Positions 10,323 through 38,075 of a DNA stretch of 64,000 nt are shown piece after piece. The translations under genes were made by a program, and so were the position numbers. Every line of letters starts with the position of its first letter. Positions within the stretch are counted from its first letter, which is position 1. Source of the DNA: Antedon mediterranea. Taxonomy: Eukaryota > Animalia > Echinodermata. Below the pieces are notes generated by a model, which was not told the origin of the DNA, searched no databases, and worked only from the letters and a program-made list of their open reading frames with translations. Location: the NCBI RefSeq assembly GCF_964355755.1, contig NC_092675.1, forward strand, positions 29,794,912 to 29,858,911. Direction: 5' to 3'.

Positions 10323-13149
10323 ATGATAACATTTTAAACTTTTAAGTCCGCGGTGATGTGTCTATCCAAATTGTAATAAAAACCACATTATATTTAAATG
10401 CCTGGGTTGGGAAACCGCTCACGTCTCAATTAAGATAAATAACATGGCGGCGCAAACTGTTGACCAGCAGGAAATGTAAGTCCAGTGTGCTGTGGCGTTA
10501 TGAAATGGTTTGTCTTGGTGGATTATGGTTTGTCCTGGTGCGGGGTATTAAGCAATGACATTTCCCTTTTCTGGTTGCTGCACTGAATCTACCACAGTCT
10601 TAATTTGCATATCAATGTCAGTTGACTAAGGTTTCATGTTGTTTGAAATGAATAGGCCTAAAGTCTACAGGTTTCATACATATTAAATACAGTTTTGAAT
10701 TACTTGTTTAAAACATAATAACGTGTCGTGATGTTGTTTTATTTAGTTTTTTACGTACACCGTGTTGATTTTGATTTTTTAAACTTCAATTATGATTTTA
10801 AATTGCAATAAAAATGATTCGTATTCATTTTGTTTTACTTAGTTTAGGAAGGTACCGTTGATTTTGTTTATATTTTACTACATAAATTCATTGTATAGCC
10901 GATTGTGATTTAAAGTCAGATTTACAAATTACAGAGTAAAATCAAATAGGCCTACAATTATTCAGATTTTTAATAACATTTTTTTTAATCAATGACATGC
11001 CCTATCAAAAGGTGGTGTAGTGGAACCAAAACGTTCCTGTTATAGGTTATGTTTTTCTCTCTCCTGGTAAAATTAATTTAAATATTTCCAGTGAAAGATT
11101 TAAGGTCTCCTGGTCAAGTGTGTTCAAGTGTTCAATAACATATATTCAATAATAATGATGGTATGGTATTAGTCGGATCAAGATTAGAAGTGGGTACTTT
11201 TCTCAACTTGACCCTTGACCCTTGACCCTTGCTACAATACAATGTAAAATAAAAATAGCAACAAATTGAATTAAATTAAATTAAATAAATATGTAATCAA
11301 TTAATCATGGAAAGGAGACAAATACAAATGTTTTATATTTTTCTTTAAAATATGTAACGAAACAGATTGTTTTATATAATTTTCTAGCTTATTACACAAA
11401 TGCGGATCTGTCTGTTACAATGATAAATTTATTGATTATTATTATTTAATAATTGATTCTAAATTGTTTGTGCTTTATTTTATCTTTATAAATTATATAT
11501 TTATTTTAATTGTTACATGTTTATATCTTGTAATGATGTATTTCTGTGATCAGCTTCGGCTGGATGGACCACCCTCGTAAAATATTATTGAAATAAAAAA
11601 TAAACTTTTCTTGAGCAAAACATTGTATACTTCTTAAATTGTAATCATGGGTTCTATCAACATTTGTAAACATAACAAGTATATTATACAAACAGGGAGT
11701 TTGTTTTGATAAAACATATAATACAGTAGTATATAAAACAAGTACTATTTAACGATCGTTTAATAGTGCGTACTATTTTACGCCATGTGACCCACAATCG
11801 TCCAATCCAATGACAGGAATTTATTTAGGTGTTATATAATAATTATATAATAATGTTTGTATCGTCAATTATGAGGTCTCGTAATGCGTATTGAATGACT
11901 TCATTGCAGCTAATACTGATTGAGGAAGAAGTGCTGAAATTTGACTGTAAATAATAGCTTTCAATTAGTTTAAGCCTAATTAGTCTGCATGTCCTCGTCT
12001 TGAGTGTTGTTGGAACAAATACAGTATTCTTAAAATAAAGTACTCAAATAATACATTGTCGTTGTGTTTTTCATTAATGATGAGGTCAACATTCAACCGT
12101 ATTAAGTGACCTTTTAAATGATAACTGCGGGAGTTAATTATACTATAGACAAATAATGCATCGATGGTATAATTAAGATATGTCCTTACTTAGTCCCTTT
12201 CATAACCAGTATTTGAATATTATAGCGCTTGCTGTCTACAAGGATGTAGCCTCCGATTACATTTTAGTCAATTAAAATCAACATTTATTTCCAAAATGTT
12301 GGCGTCTCCAAAAAAGCAAAAGCTTGTGTCAGGGACGCCAAAACAAAACAGACAAAAGCAAACAAAACATATATAATATAAGACACAGAAATAAAAATAA
12401 ATAGTAGGCGTGATTAACGCTTCGACAGCCATCATGATACAATATATAAATATATTGTATGTAATATTTGTGGCGTTAAATAACTTAAACTATAAGGTAC
12501 GATTATAGATAGTCGGTGCATTGCATCCATCAAAATAGAAAAAAAAAAGATTTAAAATTACAAAATATTTGAGGGAAATATACATTAAAAATACAAATCC
12601 AATTTTCTAAAAAGTAAGATATCAAATCTCTCTCAATTAAAATAGAGAGTTTAGTTTTGGACATTCAAGGACAACGTAGCATTCAATTATTTACGTAATT
12701 TCATAGTTTTTCCATTTCCATTTTAACAAAATAAGAACGGGTTATAAGTTCTAAACTTTGTTCTTATCTGATCATCAATGTATGTCAAATACAATAAGAT
12801 GCACCAGAATGGTTAGGCCTACAGCAAGATGCTTGATAACGGCAAAGATCATAGCCCGCCGCCGCATATAAGATGTTTATTATATCTGCTAAATGTCCTA
12901 TTTAATTTATGTGGACAAAGTAAAGCTTGTTGTCAGATAGACGAAGGCAATTGATCTTTGATTGAAATTCATTACCGTTCAACCATAGTAGAATACAATA
13001 AACAAAATATACTAGGAATTGGTCGGCGTGTTTCTTTGATCTTTCTTGCGATGTTTTTTTTTAATGAAAGAGTAACTTCATTTGTTGTAAGATGTTTGTT
13101 TACCTTACAGTCGGTCAGAAAAAAATGATAACTTTTGGGTTCATTTTTA

Positions 13150-13495
13150 TTCGTGGATTGGAGCACCATTGAACAGCTTGTAAAACACAAACAAGAATCA
13201 TTTGTTTTGGTTAAAGAAGTTGATGTAAACCAATCAGAATGGACGTTACAAAACATGTTTGGCTACTTACATTGTCTGCGCAAAGACCAATCACAGATAA
13301 CGTATTACTTGTCAATAGATATCCAATCAGAGTAATGGGATTTTATCAAAGCATATTAATATAAGAATAGTGGTTATAGTATTATTGAGCTATTTAGATT
13401 GTGTAGCAAAGCATCAAATACACTATAGACGTGCTTACTGTACTGCTCACTTAATGACATTTTCGTGTGGAAAAACAAGTTAATATTTCGTGAGT
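13150..13495 (+). promoter_or_regulatory. Candidate CCAAT-box promoter and non-coding first exon for the PKG gene
   Basis: CCAATCA at about 13231, 13288 and 13324, GATTGG at about 13156, an AT-rich TATA-like word near 13357 and a GTGAGT donor at 13490. The first PKG coding exon has an acceptor at 21528-21529, so an upstream exon is expected. Confidence 0.3.
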
Positions 13496-16277
13496 TGTTC
13501 ATTCTGTTAATATTTTGTTAATAGTTTAAATATTTTATTTTATATTTTAGTATACATACTGTGAGCCTTTACGTTTTGATTTAGCTTTTTGCTTATTTTA
13601 TTTGTATCTCAATTGATATTTAATCACTGATACCCACATCATTGTCATTTTCAGTAATTTGCCTTTGGTATGTGTATACTGTATCTAATTCAAAATATTT
13701 AATAACTTTATAATCATTGACAAAATGCATCGGTAGCCTCCGATTGCAATGTTTTTTTTACATGGCCAGGCCTACTATACTAGACGAGTAAGTGTAGTGT
13801 TAAAGTGTTTATTGCTTATATTTTCTTCGACTTTGGTAACATTTATTTAACCAATAGAACATAAACATTTGTAATAGCGGTTAGAATCATGGTTCGGTCA
13901 AGATATGCACGAATACGATGGAATGTATTTGATAACGATTCTTCATCGCTTCTCGTCTTCTTCATGTCTTTCCTCACTTGCATGCAATCTTTATGACACT
14001 TATTTGACCTTAAAATTACCTTGAATTATGTTTCTTAAAAAACTACTACATTGATTAGTAAATTCGACAAAGTTACGTACGTCATTATTGATACAGAAGA
14101 GAGGTGAAGTTGTTGAAAACTATCTCTAATCAGTATTTAAAGTGTGTGACATTACCTGTTGCTGTATTCTATTCTGAAGCGTGACGACAAATTCGTCGTT
14201 ACCACTATTTGGTTTTAATCTTATCTTAGGCAAAGAAAGACAATTTGTGACTAATGTCTATATATGTATCACACATGAAAACAAAATTGTCAAATTCTCA
14301 AGAACTATAAATTAAATTGTAATGCTATTTTTAAATAACTAACTTGAATAACTACTACTACTTTGGCATTTCTTTTATTAAACGGTTGACTTGACTAATA
14401 ATCAGTAACTGATTGTAATCTGCAACACAGTACCCTGGTTAAACACAGGTAAGTGCATACTTAAACATTCTCAATAACTTCTTGTTTACTAAGTCGTTGA
14501 AGACGTGTCCGTCATAGGTTTCAGATGTATAATTATTAAGCAATGGTTATATTAGCGCCTGTCACTGTGACTGTCGTGTTTATATAGTTATTCGATTATA
14601 GTTATTATCGCTAGAATTACTCAAAAGTGTCTGTGTACAGACTTTATATGATTTAATAATATATCCATGATTTATATGGTTATGATATAGATCACAGAAG
14701 TGCTTCCGGTTAGCAGTTGCAGTTTAATGCTCGACTAGCAGTACTAACACGTTCTATTCTACTTTATCACATTATATTATACATTTTCTGTAGATATAAA
14801 CCTCTAACAACAGAGATATCGTGTATTAAAAGCACTTAATACAGTTTAGACAGTTTTCTTGATGACTGGCAATAGTCTGCCAAATACAGTCTAGTGACAG
14901 TTACAGAATCGTCGGATGACTTTTATCCATATTCACTCCAGATGCTGCCTGGAACAATCTACTTCTCTATATATTATGTTATTATTTGTGCTATGTACCT
15001 ATAGACATGGTTATGTACATTTCATTTTATTCATTTATTTAACAACATATTTATCCAGGAACATGTCCACAGTAAGGAAAAAGAAAAACCCGTGTCGATG
15101 ATGCTCTTACTAGTACGGTGTTAAGAGTAATGACCATGCTTCTTTTTGGTTTACAGTCGGACAGGATGTACCTTGAGTTCCAAGTAGAGTAGTTTCAGCG
15201 AATTTGACTGGAGGTTATTACCATTCTTTCTCAACTTATTGTCAACTAAATACTATTGCATATAGGCCTACATGAAATATATTTAAAAATCATAATTGTT
15301 CAATATCATTCATCCCTCACGGTATTCGCTAGTGTATAACACCAGTAGTTAATGAATATACGCTGAAACTTTATTCTTTCTTTATTTAAACATTTAAATA
15401 TTTTTTTATCCTTTATATTAATTGTTATTGCATTTATAGTTACTGTTATTGTTTAACGAATAAAATCAGAATTTGGCGAGACGTAAATAAAATAAATTAA
15501 ATCCCACTAATACACATGCGAATAGAACATGTTTTTTAAAGATCTTTCATGACGTCATGTTTGTTAATTAGTTTAAGATGAGGATGAAAGTTACATTAAT
15601 GCTGATGAATTTTAATTTAATAATGCTTTTAATATTTCATGAATATACTATATGCAATGCTTTATAGATTACAATCTGTAGTAGAGTCTGCAATAACAAT
15701 CCGCTGTTGTGTTATTTATAAACAGTATTACTTGTTGATCACCGCGGCAAATCTATTCCAATAAATTAACAATGTGTTTATTGAGCTTGTTGACAGTAGT
15801 CACAATGCTGTGGGAAGAAAGAAAACAAATCTGATTTATCAAATATACGCACTGTCAAGTTAAAAACCATTATGGATTAGAATTAAGTTTGTCATGATAT
15901 GCCAGGACGGACATAACAATATCAAGTTTATGTCCGTCCTGGCGTGCCATAGATACACACATTTTGTACAGATAGAATCATAGAAAACACTAAATGGAAT
16001 GTCATGTCGCGGTTATATACGATGTGTTCCAATTATTTTTTATCATTTTCATTTTTTTATAATCAAACTGGAACGGTTTATTGATATTTAACAAATTGTT
16101 GTTCTATACATTTATAGAGTAAAAAAGGTATATTCCTCGGAGTGTTACTATCACATTAATTAAATCAGACAAATACACTCACAATGAATTTTAAAACAAA
16201 ACAAGAAAATCATAAAAAAGAACTAATATTGTCCGGATATATACAAAATGCACAAAGGCCTTTATACACGAATTGAG

Positions 16278-16855
16278 CTCTCCCTTCCTCCGCCCTTGCA
16301 GGTCTCCAAAATCCCCTCCTCCGCCCTTGCAGGTCTCCAAACTCCCCTCCTCCGCCCTTGCATGTCTCCAAACTCCCTCCTCCGCCCTTGCATGTCTCCA
16401 AACTCCCTCCTCCGCCCTTGCAGGTCTCCAAACTCCCTCCTCCGCCTTTGCAGGTCTCCAAACTCCCTCCTCCGCCCTTGCAGGTCTCCAAACTCCCTCC
16501 TCCGCCCTTGCAGGTCTCCAAACTCCCTCCTCCGCCCTTGCAGGTCTCCAAACTCTCCATCTCCGCCCTTGCAGGTCTCCAAACTCCCTCCTCCGCCCTT
16601 GCAGGTCTCCAAACTCCCCTCCTCCGCCCTTGCAGATCTCCAAACTCCCTCCTCCGCCCTTGCAGGTCTTCAAACTCCCTCCTCCGCCCTTGCAGGTCTC
16701 CAAACTCCCCTCCTCCGACCTTTCAGGTCTCCAAACTCCCCTCCTCCGCCCTTGCAGATCTCCAAACTCCCTCCTCAGCCCTTACAGGTCTCCGAACGCC
16801 CTCCTCCGTCCTTGCAGATCTCCAAACTCCCCTCCTCCGCCCTTGCATGTCTCCA
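16278..16855. repeat. Minisatellite, 30/31-bp unit CTCCAAACTCCCTCCTCCGCCCTTGCAGGT, about 19 copies
   Basis: Directly visible tandem array; explains the multi-frame repetitive ORFs here. Confidence 0.95.
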
Positions 16856-18246
16856 TCTTGACGAAATATGAAACTGAATTCTGTGTTGCATAATGAATAA
16901 ATTGGCATGGGTAATTACTGTAATTATATATTGTTTATTACGTAAGAGTAATTGAGACCTGTCGCAGGCCTATACCAATATGGCACAATTATCCTACACT
17001 ATTGAAATCTTTCAGTATATTATAACATTATAGTATTTGCTTCAGCCAAGTGTGGTAAAAATGCAAATCTTGAAACAATATAATTGTGACTACAAAAAGC
17101 TGTTTGTTAGGACGTCTTCATTTCTATTATAATTAATTTTCTGTTAAAGCATGTTTTTCTCCCTGCAGCAGACATTTAATTTATTTTCAAAATAGCTGTT
17201 TTGCCGCGGGAAATCACATTAATATCTGTGAAAGGTTTCGAAAATAAAACGTTTATCATGTTGTCGCCTTCTACATTAAGGAAGAATATTGTCTGATAGC
17301 TATTAACAAAATATAAATTGCATTTTTTTGTTGGTAAAATTATTTTTGAATAGACGGTGTTTTTAAAGACATATATGCTTATACCACATAAAATAATGAA
17401 TGAAATTGAGTGAAAGAAGGCTTCAAGTCGCCGTTAATCATTATCAATTTTATAAGATTACATTTGTTTAATTTAATTTGAAAAAGAGGGTGAGAAGAGC
17501 TGCCATCAGACTAACATACACAAGCCTCCATCAATCGTATATCAAACAACATAATCAATAAATAAAATTAGCGAGTCTCCAGTTTGATCAAGGCAATTGT
17601 TGGATTGACTTGGTTTGATAGATCCATTTACTCTAGCAGAAAGTGTTATCTTTTTTATTTTTTTTATTTTAATGCTTACATTTGAAAGAGAATGTGGCAG
17701 GAGTTGCTATCAGATTGGACTATAAACTATTAAAAAATCCTCATCAATCAGACAAAATAATCAACAAATTCGCGCGTTTGCGTGTCAGTTTGAGTGACAT
17801 TTTGCATTTGTTACTCTCGTAGAACGTTTTCCCTTCGCAACAGTATTATGTATATAAGTAATGACCGATAGTAGTGACCGATGTAATTGGATTAGAGATG
17901 AGCATAAATGCTACGGACATGGCGATGTAACTGACCGCTGAACGGATTTGCCATGATCTTTATTAAACTAAGAATAATTGAATATTCAGAGTGATATTTA
18001 TCACAGACTGAAGATAAAAAGCACATCAATTTTACTTTAGTTCCTACGTCGACTAGGGTTTACAAGATTACATACAATCTCCTGGATCCCATTAGTCTAT
18101 ATTAAGATATTGCTATACCTTTTAGTTCAATGTATTCTGTTTAATGTTTTTATGTTGATTGGATACTGTTGTTGTTCCATCAACATTTTTGTTGAATCTT
18201 TCAAAATAGTGGTACATGAGGTAGGCAAGCTAGCTGTATACTGAAA

Positions 18247-18810
18247 TGATGCTACCTCGATATCGGAGAGTACGAGAAGTTGTAGGACTTCTTTGCCTTA
18301 AGTACGAGGTTTGCTTAAAATGATGCTACCTCGCGATATCAGAGTATGAGAAGTAGTAGGTATAGGCCTAAGTTCTTTTCAAAAGTACGCGTAGGTTTAC
18401 TCAAATCGATGCTACTATACCTCGATATTCGAATACGAGAAGTTGTAGGTATAGGCCTAAGTTCTTTTCAAAAGTACGCGTAGGTTTACTCAAATCGATG
18501 CTACCTCGATATTGGAATACGAGAAGTAGTAGGTATAAGCTCCTTCTTGCCAAAAGTAGAGGTTTACTCAACTCGATGCTACCTCGATATTGGAATACGA
18601 GAAGTAGTAGGTATAGGCCTAAGTTCTTTTCAAAAGTACGCGTAGGTTTACTCAAATCTATGCTACCTCGATATTGGAATACGAGAAGTAGTAGGTATAA
18701 GCTCCTTCTTGCCAAAAGTAGAGGTTTACTCAAATCGATGCTACCTCGATATTCGAATACGAGAAGTAGTAGGTATTAGGCACTTTGCCTAAAGTACACT
18801 AGGTTTGCTG
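18247..18810. repeat. Tandem repeat with 78/84-bp alternating units (ATGCTACCTCGATATTGGAATACGAGAAGTAGTAGGTATA...)
   Basis: Unit starts at about 18249, 18323, 18409, 18498, 18576, 18660 and 18738. Confidence 0.9.
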
Positions 18811-20289
18811 AATTGTATTGTATAATTGTATTTTTTTGGACGAATAAAAATAGCGGTAGCTAAGAAACCATATACCAAATTAACTTGATTAAATTAATGT
18901 GACGAGCGAAATAATGTTCGTTTTTTAATAATCGGCTGCATGTCACTTGCATAAATCCGCATTCGTCTAACAGATTTAGCTGACTATTAAGTAACTCAAT
19001 ATATTATTAGACTTTCTTACTTTCATTATAATTCCTAAAGATTACAAGAAGAGGCAATGGAAATCTTGCAATGAGATCCGACGGCGGCGTTGTGACTAAT
19101 TAAAATTGTTTTGTTCGTGTCATGGCTTTTTCTTTGTAACTGTCAAAAATGTAAAAACAACTTGTTCAGTTGCTTATTGCTTTTAAAACTGATGACTAGT
19201 TTTGGCTTGGAGTTCATGGCTCAACAAGATATTGAAAACTTACTTCAATTACGACATTCAAGGAGAACCAATTAATGCGATTTGAAAGAGTTTGTTGACT
19301 GGATGTAAAAAAAAATGTAGGAAGCCCTCTATTCTTTCGACTGTCTGTTAAAATGAAATAGCAATAAGTAATAGGTTCTTGTTCTTTTTCTTTCAAAGCT
19401 TGTACCATGGGGATATTCTAATTGTATAGCTCCATGCTTAACTAATCATTTTACGTTAAGATATCGTACCTTACTTTGTATTCCTTTCGCATCCGATATT
19501 TTTGCATTTAAACATTTATTTACTTTCAATGATATAGGCCTATAGTAACAAAATAAAAGGTGATACAAAATATGACAAAGTAACATTGAAAGAAGGCTTG
19601 ATCCCGATGAAGGAGGACTTGTGTTGGGCAAGCCTGAAACATAAAGTGACAAAGTAACAATTTTATGAACATTTTTTATTTGATTTGTAACTTCAATAGC
19701 TAAACAATATGATAAAAAAAACTATACATATCTGAATGTAAAAGTATTACTCTTTCCAATAACCATTTAGTTTGAAGTACTTAAATATCGTCTTGATAAA
19801 AGATAAATAATAATTAAATTATACCCTTACCAAATATTATTATATAATAAGAATTGATTTTGTTTATCTATGGTAGTAAAATAATATTTAAAAATGGAGT
19901 TATTTCTTTTATTAGTACAACCAGTTAAAGTATTATTTATTAATGCTTCAGGAATTTCCCACTTTTCTTTGTTAATGTATTGTACAAAGTAAAATTTGTC
20001 ATTGTTAATGAATGTCTTCACATTTCTTGTTTGATGTGTATACTATTTTTTTATTTTTTTATTCGGTATATAAAAATATATTACAAAACGACAGTCAAAG
20101 ACTGAAATGAATTGTATTACAAATATATAAAAATTAGTTAAAATTGCTATAAAAATAAAAACATCTAATTTAACATTTAATTAAGATTAAATATCGTACC
20201 ATGAAATTAGAAAACATACATGAATAAAAAACCCTAAAACATTCACTATATGTTTGTCTTTCTTAAAAATAATATCCTCTGATCTAATC

Positions 20290-20385
20290 GGGTTCCCATT
20301 TATACACCTGGGTGTAAGTAAAGTCTTGCCTAATACAAGCAATGCGGCGAGAGTTGGATTCGAATGATCTCACTGCGCCACATGC
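20290..20385 (-). mobile_element. Old tRNA-derived SINE remnant
   Basis: Plus strand shows CCCATTTATACACCTGGGTG..AAGTCTTGCC..GGATTCGAA..CACTGCGCCAC, the typical antisense read of a tRNA-SINE head and core. Confidence 0.5.
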
Positions 20386-21579
20386 CCTTAAATTCCGAAT
20401 AGGCCTATGTATTTTTATTGTTGAATCTATCAAGTATATCTATCACTATTCTTATCATGTCGTTAATCAAAGTGTCCGCCATGTTTTGTTTTCGAATTGT
20501 CCTCTGCCCGATGTGATTTAATCTGATATTAACATAATGAAAGAACGGTAATTTATAAAATATTGGAATCATACACCCGAGACGTTTAACGGTTCTACTC
20601 TTAAATCGCCTCCCGGTCATAGAAAGACATACATATACCGTAAGTAGGTATTTATGCATACGTGATGACTATACGTCCTTTACACATCATAAAAAATATT
20701 ATTATTATTACATACAAAACTAACACACAGGATAATATTGTGTATAAAAAACTAAAATAGCTAATATGTTATAAAATATAATCACTTTAGGCCTACACAT
20801 TATAAAAAATTATTATTATTATTACATACAAAACACACAGGATAATATTGTGTATAAAAAAATACAATAGCTATATGTATGTATACGTATAGTTTTTTAA
20901 GAGAATATTTCATATATATATATTTTGCAGTCAGGCTTGCTCTATATGTGTGTGTGAGACTGGGAATGAAACACAAATATAGATGATATAATGATTTGGA
21001 TAAATATTTATTCTGAAAAGTCCCGTGAGCACGGATCACGGCAAAATAGAAAATTTACCTATTGCGAGGGATAAGTGATTAAGTAGAAAATACTGGGATG
21101 CTACTATATTTTTTATATTTTTTTATTGGTCTCCTTTTCCCTTTTTGTTATCCTTTTTCTTTCGTAATTGTATCGTTCCCGTTTTTTAAGTGTTGAGGGC
21201 CTCATGCATGTCAGCTTCGGCTGTTTTGAGTCACACTCGTTAAACAAAGTTGAATAAATTAAACAAATAAATATTGAATAAACCCAAATCATTTGAGTTC
21301 TTGTACTGATGAATGGGGACAACGTGTTCATCTTTTAGTGATACTCAGGGAAACAATTTGTATTTATATATTATTAATAATCTGGATGAACTAGCCATAA
21401 TTAAGAGAATTAATTAATTTATACTGGTACATAGCAGCAATTATTTATAACGTAATCTTAACAATAATCTGTAATAGTTGCTTAGCAACCTGGTGAATCC
21501 CTTCGCTTATTTGCTGTTTGTTTTTTCAGACTGACTGCTGGTTGTCGAACGCTGCCGTGCGTATCAAAACCTAGCTAGT

Positions 21580-37193
<15,614 letters not shown>

Positions 37194-37577
37194 GTTCATT
37201 TCAAACCGCTTCTAATTCAATTACAGTAAAGTAGCTTTTTATACCAACCCTTATTGGATAGTTAGTGACGTGCGCTTAATATACACGATATCCCGGCCGT
37301 TAACAAAATCCCCTGCAATCCAGCGCTGCTTAACATAATGATTATGTCTTTCCGATATAGTAATAAGTAAATAGAATTACAGTATTTTGCGAATAATAGT
37401 TTTATATAAAGCATTACAACATTGTTTAAGGTTTATTATTATTTTTTTTTTAGTGATTGTATTATATATTCACAATCTGTTATTTTGACGTGTTGGGGTG
37501 TGGGTCAAATAAGATTTAATGAAAGAAAGAATTAATAAGATGTAATGTTGTCATATTTTCAATTTTCAATATCTACA

Positions 37578-37682
37578 TTTGAGTATCTGCGCACACTGCT
37601 TTCGAGTATCTGCGCACACTGCTTTCGAGTATCTGCGCACACTGCTTTTGAGTATCTGCGCACACCGCTTTCGAGCATCTGT
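37578..37682. repeat. Minisatellite, 23-bp unit TTCGAGTATCTGCGCACACTGCT, about 4.5 copies
   Basis: Visible tandem array downstream of the PKG stop codon. Confidence 0.9.
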
Positions 37683-37939
37683 ACTGTGCATAATGTCATT
37701 TAGTCTACGCATATTGAGTATCTGCGCATCTGTTATATGTACGCGCTTACGGGATGAGAAAGTTTGTTATTATTATTTTTTGTTTTCCGGTATACTATTG
37801 TCAAACTGTAAAACAACGTTATTTTAGTTTTAATTATTATTTAAATACTCACACGTTTTTTGTAAATATGAATAACAATATTATATTAAGGGGATGTTCT
37901 TTTAAATATGTTATATAAATTCAGATGTAAAAATATTTA

Positions 37940-38075
37940 TAAGTACGGCAGTTAAGTACGCCTATTGCAGTTAAGTACGCCTACTGCAGTTAAGTAGGCC
38001 GTACGGCAGTTAGGTACGGCAATTAATTACGGCGCTGTTAAGTACGACTGTTAAGTACGGCGCTGTTAAGTATGG
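37940..38075. repeat. Degenerate TAAGTACGGCAGT repeat
   Basis: About 8 variable copies of GTTAAGTACG. Confidence 0.75.

Noticed and set aside
16191-16908. Long ORFs in many frames (TCKGGGGSLE, PPPPLQVSKL repeats)
   Set aside because: Products of a stop-free 30/31-bp minisatellite open on both strands, with frame-shifting unit lengths.
18401-18779. Repetitive ORFs on both strands
   Set aside because: Arise from 78/84-bp tandem units; no recognisable domain or splice context.
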